Source: an uncultured Chloroflexia bacterium (GTDB lineage: Bacteria; Chloroflexota; Limnocylindria; Limnocylindrales; CSP1-4). Taken from it: 64,000 nt of DNA. The DNA lies in the NCBI GenBank assembly GCA_963721765.1, contig CAVRJP010000001.1:1445145-1509144 (forward strand). Direction: 5' to 3'. Position numbers and translations under genes: made by a program. How positions within the stretch are numbered: the stretch's first letter is position 1; each line of letters starts with the position of its first letter. Of this stretch, positions 41,113 to 49,292 are shown piece by piece. A model generated the notes under the pieces. That model did no database searches and was not told the origin of the DNA. It saw only the letters and a program-made list of their open reading frames with translations.

Positions 41113-41136
41113 CGGGCGGCCCGAATGGGCCGCCCG
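41113..41136. terminator. hairpin between convergent genes
   Basis: cgggcggccc-gaat-gggccgcccg. Confidence 0.6.
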
Positions 41137-41144
41137 TTCCACAT

Positions 41145-42053
41145 CTATTCGAAGGTCATCGACTCGACGATGGCGTCCATCTCGTCGACGACGGCCTGCG
41201 GGGTTCCCTCGTAGTACCCGGCATCGATGACCACGAGCTCCCCGTCGACTTCCAGGATCCAGAGCTTGTCGATCTGACCCGGACCCTGGTGGTAGCGCGC
41301 CGGCGTTGTTTCGGAGTTCGCGCCCCAGCTCCCGAAGAGGCCAAAGTCGCACGCGGCGAAATCGGCTTCATTGGGAACGTGGAGGGTCATCGACTTGCCT
41401 GCGATCCCGCCGAGCGTGACGTCCACCGGGGCGGCCGCCGCCCGAGATGCCTGGGCTGACATGGCGGCGACGAACGCGTCCACCGAGGTGGATGGGCTGT
41501 CCGGCTTGGTCGTTTCCCACATGCAGGGGTCGCCGTAGACGTACAGGTCGTCGCCGGCGAAGACGATCAGCCCGGCACCTGCGGGAGGGTTGGGATTGTC
41601 ATGCTTGGTCAGAATCCCTCCTCCTTGTTCGCCGAACCAGTCTGTAGCCGGGATAGTGACGCTCATCGGCACGCCTTGACCCAGCAGGACGTGCCGTCCC
41701 TCGTCGAGCAGACCTTGCGGTCGATTGGTTGGCCTTGTCGTCGGCGCGGCGGACGGCGGCTGAACCGTCGGCTCTGCCGACGGTTGCGGCGATGTCCCGC
41801 CGAAGCCCGGCGTTCTTGGCAGGAAGTTGAATGCCGCGACGGCGACCACCACGACGATGGCAGCGCCACCAAGCATGAGAACGGATCGGTTCATCGGAAT
41901 TCTCCCCAGGAGCACGCCCCAGCCTCGCTGCTGCCGCGTCCTGCGCGTCTGGTCGAAGGTCGCGCGGAGGACACGATCGGGCAGGCGGCTCGGAGCGTCG
42001 GCCTCGAGCCATCCGCTGATCGTTCGGTCGAGCTTTCGATCGGCTGACATCAC
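41145..42053 (-). CDS. probable anti-sigma factor with TM and extracytoplasmic domain
   Basis: coupled to ECF sigma; LDRTISGWLE..PDRVL..TRQ N-terminus, one TM, Pro linker. Confidence 0.7.
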   Translation of the reverse strand: MMSADRKLDRTISGWLEADAPSRLPDRVLRATFDQTRRTRQQRGWGVLLGRIPMNRSVLMLGGAAIVVVVAVAAFNFLPRTPGFGGTSPQPSAEPTVQPPSAAPTTRPTNRPQGLLDEGRHVLLGQGVPMSVTIPATDWFGEQGGGILTKHDNPNPPAGAGLIVFAGDDLYVYGDPCMWETTKPDSPSTSVDAFVAAMSAQASRAAAAPVDVTLGGIAGKSMTLHVPNEADFAACDFGLFGSWGANSETTPARYHQGPGQIDKLWILEVDGELVVIDAGYYEGTPQAVVDEMDAIVESMTFE

Positions 42054-42601
42054 GCAGTCCTGTTCTGGGCGGCCGTCGGCTTACGCAGATCGGCTTCGAG
42101 GGCCGCCCGCATTGCCTCCGTCGCATAGTGAAGTCGTGATCTGGCAGTTCCCGGCGGAATGCCCAGCATCTGTGCGATCTCGGACGCCGAGAACCCGCTG
42201 TAGTAGTGCAGAACCATCACTGACCGCTGTTCGGGCTTGAGTCGGCTGAACCCGCGCTCCAGCTGATCCCGATCGGCGACAGATCCGGTGTCGTCGGCGA
42301 TCGCAGTTTCGAGCACGAGCGGTCGTACCTGCTCCGACCGGCGCCGCAGCTGACGACCCTGGTCGGCGCAGGCATTGACCACGAGGCGATAGAGCCAGGC
42401 GTCGAACCGGTCGGGATCGCGCAGTCCGGGAAGCTGCTGCCACGCGCGTACCAGCGCTTCCTGCACCGCGTCCTCCGCGAGGTCCGTCGACCGAAGGATC
42501 AGGCGCGCAACCGCGTACAAGCGGTCGCCGGCGGAGGTCGCGAGGACTTCGAATGCCTCGTGGTCTCCGTGACGAGCCGCCTCGATGAGATCGCGCCTCA
42601 T
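42050..42601 (-). CDS. ECF sigma-70 factor
   Basis: GDHEAF, AEDAVQEA, FDAWLYR, EIAQMLGIPPGTARSRL. Confidence 0.93.
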   Translation of the reverse strand: MRRDLIEAARHGDHEAFEVLATSAGDRLYAVARLILRSTDLAEDAVQEALVRAWQQLPGLRDPDRFDAWLYRLVVNACADQGRQLRRRSEQVRPLVLETAIADDTGSVADRDQLERGFSRLKPEQRSVMVLHYYSGFSASEIAQMLGIPPGTARSRLHYATEAMRAALEADLRKPTAAQNRTA

Positions 42602-42747
42602 TCCCTCTCCATCACCAACGCGGCCTCGATGACCGCGCTGGTTGTTATGACGGACGTGGCAGTCTCATCTACTCAATCACCGCCGCGACGGGACGGATCG
42701 GTCTTGGCCGAGATCCGCGATGACGCAGGGCGGTCGCATTGTGGGTT

Positions 42748-42963
42748 TCACGCGTTGTGAGCCCCGGCCCCGGTATGGTCCTGAAAGATCTCCTCGATCG
42801 ACAGTCCGAAGAGCCGCGCCAACCTGAACGCCAGCGGCAGGCTGGGGTCGTACTTGCCGGTTTCGATGGCGTTGACGGTCTGTCGCGACACCTCTAGCGC
42901 ATCCGCCAGGTCTGCCTGAGTCCAGTCGCGCTCCGCGCGCAGGACCTTGAGTCGGTTCTTCAA
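42748..42963 (-). CDS. small XRE/Cro HTH regulator
   Basis: LKNRLKVLRAERDWTQADLADALEVSRQTVNAIETGKYDPSLPLAF; TTG start overlaps upstream stop. Confidence 0.9.
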   Translation of the reverse strand: MKNRLKVLRAERDWTQADLADALEVSRQTVNAIETGKYDPSLPLAFRLARLFGLSIEEIFQDHTGAGAHNA

Positions 42964-43403
42964 CGGTACCGTCGCGAGCCGGCGATGCATCCGACCACGT
43001 AGACGACCGACATGAACGCGATCAGGTGCCCGATCTCCGCCTCGAACGCGACCAGGTCGTGCCGATCGAGCAGCGCCCAGGCCACGCCTCCGACCAGCCC
43101 GGCGCCAAGCGTCCACGCCATCGCCTCGAGCTGGACGGTGCGCTGCAATTCGTCCATTGCGTGCAGGTAGCGCTTGTACGAGAGCAGCATGCCGGCGCCG
43201 ACCACCACGCTGAAGGCGAGCGCCAACACGGTCGGCGCGGGCTGGTCGTTCCAGAGGATTCGCGGTCCAAAGTTGGCGAGGACGACGCTCGCGACCCATG
43301 CCGCGGTCCAGGCGACCAGGCCCAAGGCGCCACGGATGCTCCGCAACATCCAGGCATCAGCGTTCGCAGGCGGCGTGTTCACGGTGTCGATCCTCCTTGT
43401 CAT
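42960..43403 (-). CDS. membrane protein partner of the XRE regulator
   Basis: four TM segments, MDELQRTVQLEA motif. Confidence 0.75.
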   Translation of the reverse strand: MTRRIDTVNTPPANADAWMLRSIRGALGLVAWTAAWVASVVLANFGPRILWNDQPAPTVLALAFSVVVGAGMLLSYKRYLHAMDELQRTVQLEAMAWTLGAGLVGGVAWALLDRHDLVAFEAEIGHLIAFMSVVYVVGCIAGSRRYR

Positions 43404-43531
43404 TTAGTCAAGTTAGCACGACACAATGCTGCCATGGCCCGGGCACAGACGTCAAGGGTCATTGACACGGCCCTGCGGCGCAAACCAGCCCAACCTGGCG
43501 CCCTCGTCAGCGGTACCGAATGATCGTCGAC

Positions 43532-44251
43532 CTAGCTAGCCGCGTTCGCGGCCCGCTTCGTGGCCACGACCAGGATCGTCATCGGGTACTCCGGGTCCTG
43601 CACGTCGAGCTTGGCGGTCGAGACCTCTTCCAGCGCGATTCCGCGGAGGAAGCTGGTGGCCGCGTAGACGTTGCCGCGGTAGTCGACGCTGACGTTGGCG
43701 GCGCCGAAGACGTCCCCGAACGCGCGCGCCGCGGATTGAGGCGTGAAGCGCCAGAAGTCGCCCCAGCGATCGGCATCGCCCTTCGAGATCTGGCTGATGC
43801 CGGCAAGCGTCGCCAGCAGCACGCCGCCCGGAGCGAGCAGGTGGTGGGCGCCGCGAATCGCGGCGTGCGCGTCGTAGATGTAGTTGAACGTCTGCGTGCA
43901 GATGAAGCAGTCGATCACCCCGGCCGGCAGCGTAGACGTGTCGGTCAGGTCGCCGACGATCGTCGCGTCGGGATGGCCTGCCACGTGCAGCATCCCGAAC
44001 TGCGTGACGTTGTCGCCGCCGTATCGCCGGGTGTATGTAGTCTCGGCGACCTCCAGGACCCTTCCGCGGACAAGTCCGCGGTGCCGCTCGAGGAAGCCCT
44101 CGATGTAGTACCGGTCGAGCGGGGTGCCCCGTTCGCGACCGAAGAGCCGCCCTACGGGTTCAGTCGAGCTCTCGAGCAGGCGGCTCGGGCGGAAGAGGTT
44201 CCGATTGACGATCGCGAGGACCTTGCGGGCGATGGCGATCATCCGGGACAT
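43532..44251 (-). CDS. class I SAM-dependent methyltransferase
   Basis: GTPLDRYYIE, GRVLEV, DCFICTQT, LAPGGVLL, WRFT. Confidence 0.8.
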   Translation of the reverse strand: MSRMIAIARKVLAIVNRNLFRPSRLLESSTEPVGRLFGRERGTPLDRYYIEGFLERHRGLVRGRVLEVAETTYTRRYGGDNVTQFGMLHVAGHPDATIVGDLTDTSTLPAGVIDCFICTQTFNYIYDAHAAIRGAHHLLAPGGVLLATLAGISQISKGDADRWGDFWRFTPQSAARAFGDVFGAANVSVDYRGNVYAATSFLRGIALEEVSTAKLDVQDPEYPMTILVVATKRAANAAS

Positions 44252-44292
44252 GCGCGCCACGATAGCCCGGCCGCCCCCGGGAATCATGGAAA

Positions 44293-44334
44293 TGCGACGT
44301 GAGTTCCGTCACGCCGCCGACGAATCCTAGCGCA
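44293..44334 (-). repeat. orphan copy of the tRNA-Val leader hairpin and -10 box
   Basis: tgcgacgtgagttccgtcacgccgccg..aatcctagcgca, near-identical to 36919-36960, no tRNA fragment attached. Confidence 0.88.
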
Positions 44335-44452
44335 TGCCCCCCGAGGGCGACCGAACCTGCGAACCGCGCGGCGGATAATCGAACCGAAGACCCTGCCACA
44401 GCATCGTACGAGTCGAGCGGACCTGCCAAGAGGGCCGCACCGAGGTCGAGAC

Positions 44453-44998
44453 GTGGAGCGCGAGTTCGTGGAGCAGGCGCAGAACGGCAATCAAGCGGCT
44501 TTTGCGGAGATCGCCTTCGCCGTGAGCCCGCGGCTGTTCGCCGTGGCGCAGCGGATCCTCCGCGACTATCACCTCGCCGAGGACGCGACGCAGCAGGCGA
44601 TCGTCCTCATCTGGCGGAAGCTGCCGCAGCTTACCGACCCGGAGCAGTTCGACGGCTGGGCGTACCGGATCCTCGTGAACTCGTGCTACGCGGAAGCTCG
44701 CCGTGGTCGTCGCACCGTCTCGGCGATCCATCTCCTGGAATCCGATGCAACGGCCGCTGACACCCAGTTGACCGTCGCCGACCGCGACCAGCTGGATCGA
44801 GCCTTCGTTCGCCTATCCACGGAGCAGCGGGCGGTTCTGGTTCTGCAGTACTACCTGCAGCTGGACCAGCCGAGGATCGCGGAGGTCCTCGGCATCCCGA
44901 TCGGCACGGTCAAGTCACGGTCATCGAGCGGCCGAAGCGTGCTTCGTTCTGCCCTGGAGGCCGACGCGCGCCCTGGCATCAGGAGCCGGACGGCATGA
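44453..44998 (+). CDS. ECF sigma-70 factor
   Basis: GNQAAF, AEDATQQA, FDGWAYR, IAEVLGIPIGTVKSR. Confidence 0.93.
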   Translation: MEREFVEQAQNGNQAAFAEIAFAVSPRLFAVAQRILRDYHLAEDATQQAIVLIWRKLPQLTDPEQFDGWAYRILVNSCYAEARRGRRTVSAIHLLESDATAADTQLTVADRDQLDRAFVRLSTEQRAVLVLQYYLQLDQPRIAEVLGIPIGTVKSRSSSGRSVLRSALEADARPGIRSRTA

Positions 44999-46428
44999 CT
45001 GGCAACGAGGAATTCATGCGCAATTCCGACCTCGACGCCCTCCTGGGAGCGTGGTTGAGGGAAGGCGACGACGGTGCTTCCGACCGGATCGCCGAGCGTG
45101 CCCTGCTTGAAGTTGCCGCGACGCTTCAGGAGGGCCGGCCGCGGCAGTCTCTTTGGGCATCGTTCGCGCGAAGCCGGCCGACATCGATCGCCGCGGCCTT
45201 CGGGGCGGTCGCGGTGGCTGTCGCTTTGGGCGTCGTGACAAGCGTGCCGCTGATCGGACCCGGGCCTCCCCCGATCATGAGCCCAAGCCCCCGGCCGAGC
45301 CCCACGGTTGACCCGGATGCCCTCGTCCTGTTCACGTCGCCCGACAACGGCTATGAGGTCTTGATTCCCGTCTCGTGGAGCGAGGTCGAGTCCGGCGCGC
45401 CGGACGCTCGGAAGTGGGTCGGACCCGACGGTGAGCTGATGGTCAGCTACGGGACGTCGATCTTCGATGGCGGCGAGGTCACGGCGTGCGCACCACCACT
45501 GTCGGACTACAACACCTGCATGACCCTCGAGCACGGCTACTCCGTTCCCTTCGATCCGAAGGTCGACGGCGTCGGCCCGATCTCGATGGAGGTCTGGCTC
45601 GATCGGTGTGACGGCGCGTGTCCCGTAACCGCCACCCCGTCCAGTCTCGACCAGGAGGTCGCCGGTCAGGACCGCGCTGTGATCGCGGGTCGGCAGCTGA
45701 CCTACGTCTCGACCTTCCACAACCGACGTCCGGTCATCGTGTACTGGAGCGAACCCATCGCCCTGGCTGACGAAGCGCGCGTCGAAGAGATGCGGAGCAG
45801 CTTCCGATTCCTCGACCCCGCGCCTGGCGCCAGCGAAACGCCATTCGTCGATCCGACCGAGCTCGTAGAGTTCAGGAACGACGACGATGCGTACCGGCTG
45901 CTCCTGCCGCGGTTCTGGCTGAACTCCAGCCCGGGCTCGCCGTCGCCAGATCCGGATCATCCCAGGGTTCGCACGTTCGGGTTCGGTGGTGGCGCCGGCA
46001 CGAGGGGCTCGCCAGCCCTCACGATCAGCATCGGTGAACCGGACGGATCGGTGTCCTTTTGCGTGGGACGCTGTCGCACCGTCGTTGCCACGACGCTCGA
46101 CGAGCTCGAGGCCGAGCTGGTCAGCTTGTTGTCCGATGCTGGTTCGGCAGGAATCGAGGAGCTTCACGGCGAGGTCATGCTGGGCGGTGAGGCGGGCAGG
46201 TTCGAGCGGCCCGACTACGCCAACCACGGCGGGCCGGATTCCATCCTGGGAACGGGAGGGACAAGCGGCAGCAACTGCCTCGGCTGTCCCGGAATGCTGT
46301 ACCAGGCCTACGCGTTCCACGACGGTCGGCCCGTGGTCCTCGCGTTCGACTACTGGACCCTCGCGTTCGAGCGGATCAGCTCGGAGTACGCCGTCCAGAT
46401 CCTCGAAAGCTTCGAGTTCCTGGACTAG
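44995..46428 (+). CDS. probable anti-sigma factor with two extracytoplasmic domains
   Basis: ATGA-coupled to ECF sigma; LDALLGAWLRE N-terminus, TM, repeated VDP..LV.F...D..Y....P..W and ending SFRFLD/SFEFLD. Confidence 0.7.
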   Translation: MTGNEEFMRNSDLDALLGAWLREGDDGASDRIAERALLEVAATLQEGRPRQSLWASFARSRPTSIAAAFGAVAVAVALGVVTSVPLIGPGPPPIMSPSPRPSPTVDPDALVLFTSPDNGYEVLIPVSWSEVESGAPDARKWVGPDGELMVSYGTSIFDGGEVTACAPPLSDYNTCMTLEHGYSVPFDPKVDGVGPISMEVWLDRCDGACPVTATPSSLDQEVAGQDRAVIAGRQLTYVSTFHNRRPVIVYWSEPIALADEARVEEMRSSFRFLDPAPGASETPFVDPTELVEFRNDDDAYRLLLPRFWLNSSPGSPSPDPDHPRVRTFGFGGGAGTRGSPALTISIGEPDGSVSFCVGRCRTVVATTLDELEAELVSLLSDAGSAGIEELHGEVMLGGEAGRFERPDYANHGGPDSILGTGGTSGSNCLGCPGMLYQAYAFHDGRPVVLAFDYWTLAFERISSEYAVQILESFEFLD

Positions 46429-46558
46429 GCCTCGATGGGACACCCGATGGATCAGAACGATCGCACCAGGATCCGGGGCCTTCGCCACCAATCATTGCGC
46501 GCATCGAGGGCGGGAGGCCGCCCGGCGCGGCTGGAGGCAGCGATCGGGACTCTTGCGC

Positions 46559-46897
46559 CTAGTCGATCTCGATCGACTCGCGGCCGGTGGCGGCTCGGGA
46601 GCGAGCTTCGGCATCCTCGATGCGGTTGAGCCAGAAGTCGAGGATCGAGCGCAGGCCCAGCAGCTGTTCGCGGCCCGCGTTGCGGAAGTGTTGGGATGCC
46701 TCGGGCGGCATGACCCGATCCATCATCCGCCGGCCGCGCTCCCGCAGGGTCGGCTCGCCCTCGAGACGGGCGAGCCGCTCCTCGAGCTCGGCCATGCGGA
46801 GCTCCGCACCTGCCTCGGGCAGCCCGGGCGAGGCCGTCCCGCTCGATCGCCGCTTCGACCCGGCTCGCGCGCCCGCGCCGCCCCGACCCTCGCTCAT
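46559..46897 (-). CDS. small helical protein downstream of ArsA-like ATPase
   Basis: MPPEASQHFRNAGREQLLGLRSILD; translationally coupled. Confidence 0.65.
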   Translation of the reverse strand: MSEGRGGAGARAGSKRRSSGTASPGLPEAGAELRMAELEERLARLEGEPTLRERGRRMMDRVMPPEASQHFRNAGREQLLGLRSILDFWLNRIEDAEARSRAATGRESIEID

Positions 46898-48102
46898 CGT
46901 CGTCCTCCACGCTTCGCCGGCGCCGCGTCGCCGCGGCCCTGGAACCGGATTCGCAGCACGCCGTCGTCCATCTTCGCACCGATCGTCGGCGCGTCCACCA
47001 GCGCGCGCGGCAGCACGATCGTGCGTCGCAGGCCATCGACCTGGAGCGAGAGCTCGTCGCCGTCGCGCTTGAGCTGGATCGCCTCGCGCGAGGTGAACGG
47101 CAAGGCAACCTCGAGGACGAGATCCTTTCCTTCGGTTCGGACCTGGTAGGGCCGGCCGCGGTAGAAGAACTCGGTCGGGTCGTCCTCGCCGAACAGCGCC
47201 GCGCCGATCTCCGCCAGTCGGTCGAGCCCGATCATCTCCCGGTCGAACTGGGGCACCGTCCGGACCGGCACGGGCGCGTACTGCGCGATCACCTCGGGCA
47301 GGTAGCGCTGCTGCGTCGCGCGGAGGGTGCCGAACGTCCCGTCGCCGGCCATCTCAGAAGGAAGCACGCGGTTGCAGACCACCAGGTCGGCGGGATAACC
47401 GAACAGGTGGAAGTACGTGAACGAGCGCTGCGCCTCGACGATCGACAGCTTCTCGAGGTTCAGCGCGATTCGCACCGACGACTGTTCCGGATCGGCCAGC
47501 AGGCGATGGACCTTGTCGAGCCGGTTGAGCAGCCGCTCGGCTGCCGCGAAGACCTCGTCGCGCGGCATCGGCACGCCGATCATCCGCTCGAGCATCGGCC
47601 GTCCGATGCGGCTGACCCGTCGCCCGATCGGCGCGATGCGCTCGATCCACCACCGGCTCGCTTCCGGCAACGACAACAGGCGCAGCGTCTCGCCCGTGGG
47701 CGCGGCGTCGACGACGATCACGTCGTAGTCACCCGACTCCACGTGATCGGCGATCCACAGCAGGTTGCCGAGCTCGTCCATGCCGGGCAGGACGGTCATC
47801 TCCTCGGCGAGCACCTCGTCGAGCCCGCGCCAGCTGAACAGCTCGGCCATGTACCGCTGGATCGTCTTCCAGTAGCGCTCGATGTTGTGGTAGACGTCCG
47901 GCTCCTGGCCCCACAGGTTCGGCGCGATCAGCGTCGGCTCGGGACCGAGCGGCAGCTCGAACGCGTCGGCCAGGCTGTGCGCGATGTCCGTCGACAGGAC
48001 CATCGTCCGATGGCCGCGCTTCGCGCTCAGCACCGCCGTCGCCGCGGCGATGCTCGTCTTGCCGACGCCACCTTTGCCCGTGTACAGGAGGATCCGGGTC
48101 AT
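46894..48102 (-). CDS. ArsA/Get3 family ATPase with C-terminal HSP20-like domain
   Basis: TGKGGVGKTS, STDIAHSL, VDAAPTGETLRLL, C-terminal LALPF..RTIVLP..AKMDDGVLRIRF. Confidence 0.88.
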   Translation of the reverse strand: MTRILLYTGKGGVGKTSIAAATAVLSAKRGHRTMVLSTDIAHSLADAFELPLGPEPTLIAPNLWGQEPDVYHNIERYWKTIQRYMAELFSWRGLDEVLAEEMTVLPGMDELGNLLWIADHVESGDYDVIVVDAAPTGETLRLLSLPEASRWWIERIAPIGRRVSRIGRPMLERMIGVPMPRDEVFAAAERLLNRLDKVHRLLADPEQSSVRIALNLEKLSIVEAQRSFTYFHLFGYPADLVVCNRVLPSEMAGDGTFGTLRATQQRYLPEVIAQYAPVPVRTVPQFDREMIGLDRLAEIGAALFGEDDPTEFFYRGRPYQVRTEGKDLVLEVALPFTSREAIQLKRDGDELSLQVDGLRRTIVLPRALVDAPTIGAKMDDGVLRIRFQGRGDAAPAKRGGRR

Positions 48103-48121
48103 CGCGGTCCATCATGGACCG

Positions 48122-49000
48122 ATGGCGTCGAACGCGAGCAGGGCCGAACGGACCGAACGGGCCGGCTGCGCGCTGCTCGACGCGGGCGAGGGGCGGCGCT
48201 TGGAACGCTTCGGCGATTGGGTGGTCGATCGGCCGGCGCCGACGGCGGTCGCCTGGCGTCGGGCGCCCGACTCGTGGAACTCGGCCGATCTCCGCTTCGA
48301 TGGCGGGCTCGGATGGCTCCTGGGTGGCGCGCCGGTCGAGGCAGCCGAGGTCGATCCGTGGACGGTCGAGGTCGATGGCCTGACGATGGAGCTGCGGCTC
48401 ACGACGTCGGGCGGCGTGGGGCTGTATCCGGAGCACCGTTCGAACCTCGCCTGGCTGGAACGGCAGATCGGCTCGCGCCTCCAAGACGGCCGCGCGCCGA
48501 CGGTGCTCAACCTGTTCGCGCATACGGGCCTCGCCACGCTCGCCGCGGCTCGGGCGGGAGCGGCGGTCACGCACGTCGACGGCGCGCGCGGTGTCGTGGC
48601 CTGGGCACGTCGTAACGCGGAGCTGTCCGGGCTCGCCGACCGGCCGATCCGCTGGATCGTCGACGACGCGGCCGCGTTCGTGGCCCGCGAGGCGCGCCGC
48701 GGCCGAAGCTACGACGGGATGGTCATCGACCCGCCGTCATTCGGTCACGCGAAGGGTCGTCGCTGGCACCTCGAGGACGAGCTGCCCCGGCTCCTCGATG
48801 CGTGCCGAGCGGTGGCCACCGACGATGCCTTCGCGCTGCTGACCGCGCACACCACCGGCCTCGACGGCTCGACGCTCGAGCGGTGGCTCGGGAGTGCGTT
48901 CCCCTCCCCCGCCGGGCGCCTCGACGGCTCCGCGCTCAAGCTCGAAGCCGAATCCGGCGCTCGCTTGGACCTCGGTTGGTCCGTGCGGCTCGGGAACTGA
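48122..49000 (+). CDS. class I SAM methyltransferase (RlmI/RlmK-like)
   Basis: LLDAGEGRRLERFG, VLNLFAHTG, WARRN, IDPPSFG. Confidence 0.85.
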   Translation: MASNASRAERTERAGCALLDAGEGRRLERFGDWVVDRPAPTAVAWRRAPDSWNSADLRFDGGLGWLLGGAPVEAAEVDPWTVEVDGLTMELRLTTSGGVGLYPEHRSNLAWLERQIGSRLQDGRAPTVLNLFAHTGLATLAAARAGAAVTHVDGARGVVAWARRNAELSGLADRPIRWIVDDAAAFVAREARRGRSYDGMVIDPPSFGHAKGRRWHLEDELPRLLDACRAVATDDAFALLTAHTTGLDGSTLERWLGSAFPSPAGRLDGSALKLEAESGARLDLGWSVRLGN

Positions 49001-49020
49001 GCACTCGTCGGATGAGGGTC

Positions 49021-49202
49021 GGAGCGCATCGGTCGACTGCCAGTCGAGTCCGCCGAACAGCGTGTGACGCAACCCTACTGGTGGTCGCACGTGAGACCGT
49101 TGCGAGGTGGTTCGCGACCCCGGCCCGCCCGAAAGCCGATCCGCAGTAGCGGATCGTCACCCGATGGTCGCCAGAACCGACTGGCAACCGGCTGGGCGCT
49201 TC
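49021..49202. ncRNA. candidate structured RNA, 6S-like architecture
   Basis: closing stem ggagcgc/gcgcttc and tgccagtcg/cgactggca, 17-nt/17-nt internal bubble, gtgacg/cgtcac inner stem, terminal hairpins; no sequence signature recognised. Confidence 0.3.
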
Positions 49203-49292
49203 GCGGCCCCCGGCTAGTTTCCGGGAAATTTGCTGCGTGCACGAGCGGTGGTCGCGTCGACGCGCGACGGGCATGATTCACACGTGACAGCC

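Noticed and set aside
49083-49167. c-di-GMP-I riboswitch
   Set aside because: Superficial likeness at the ends only; the GGCAAACC and GACGCAAAGC core motifs are absent.
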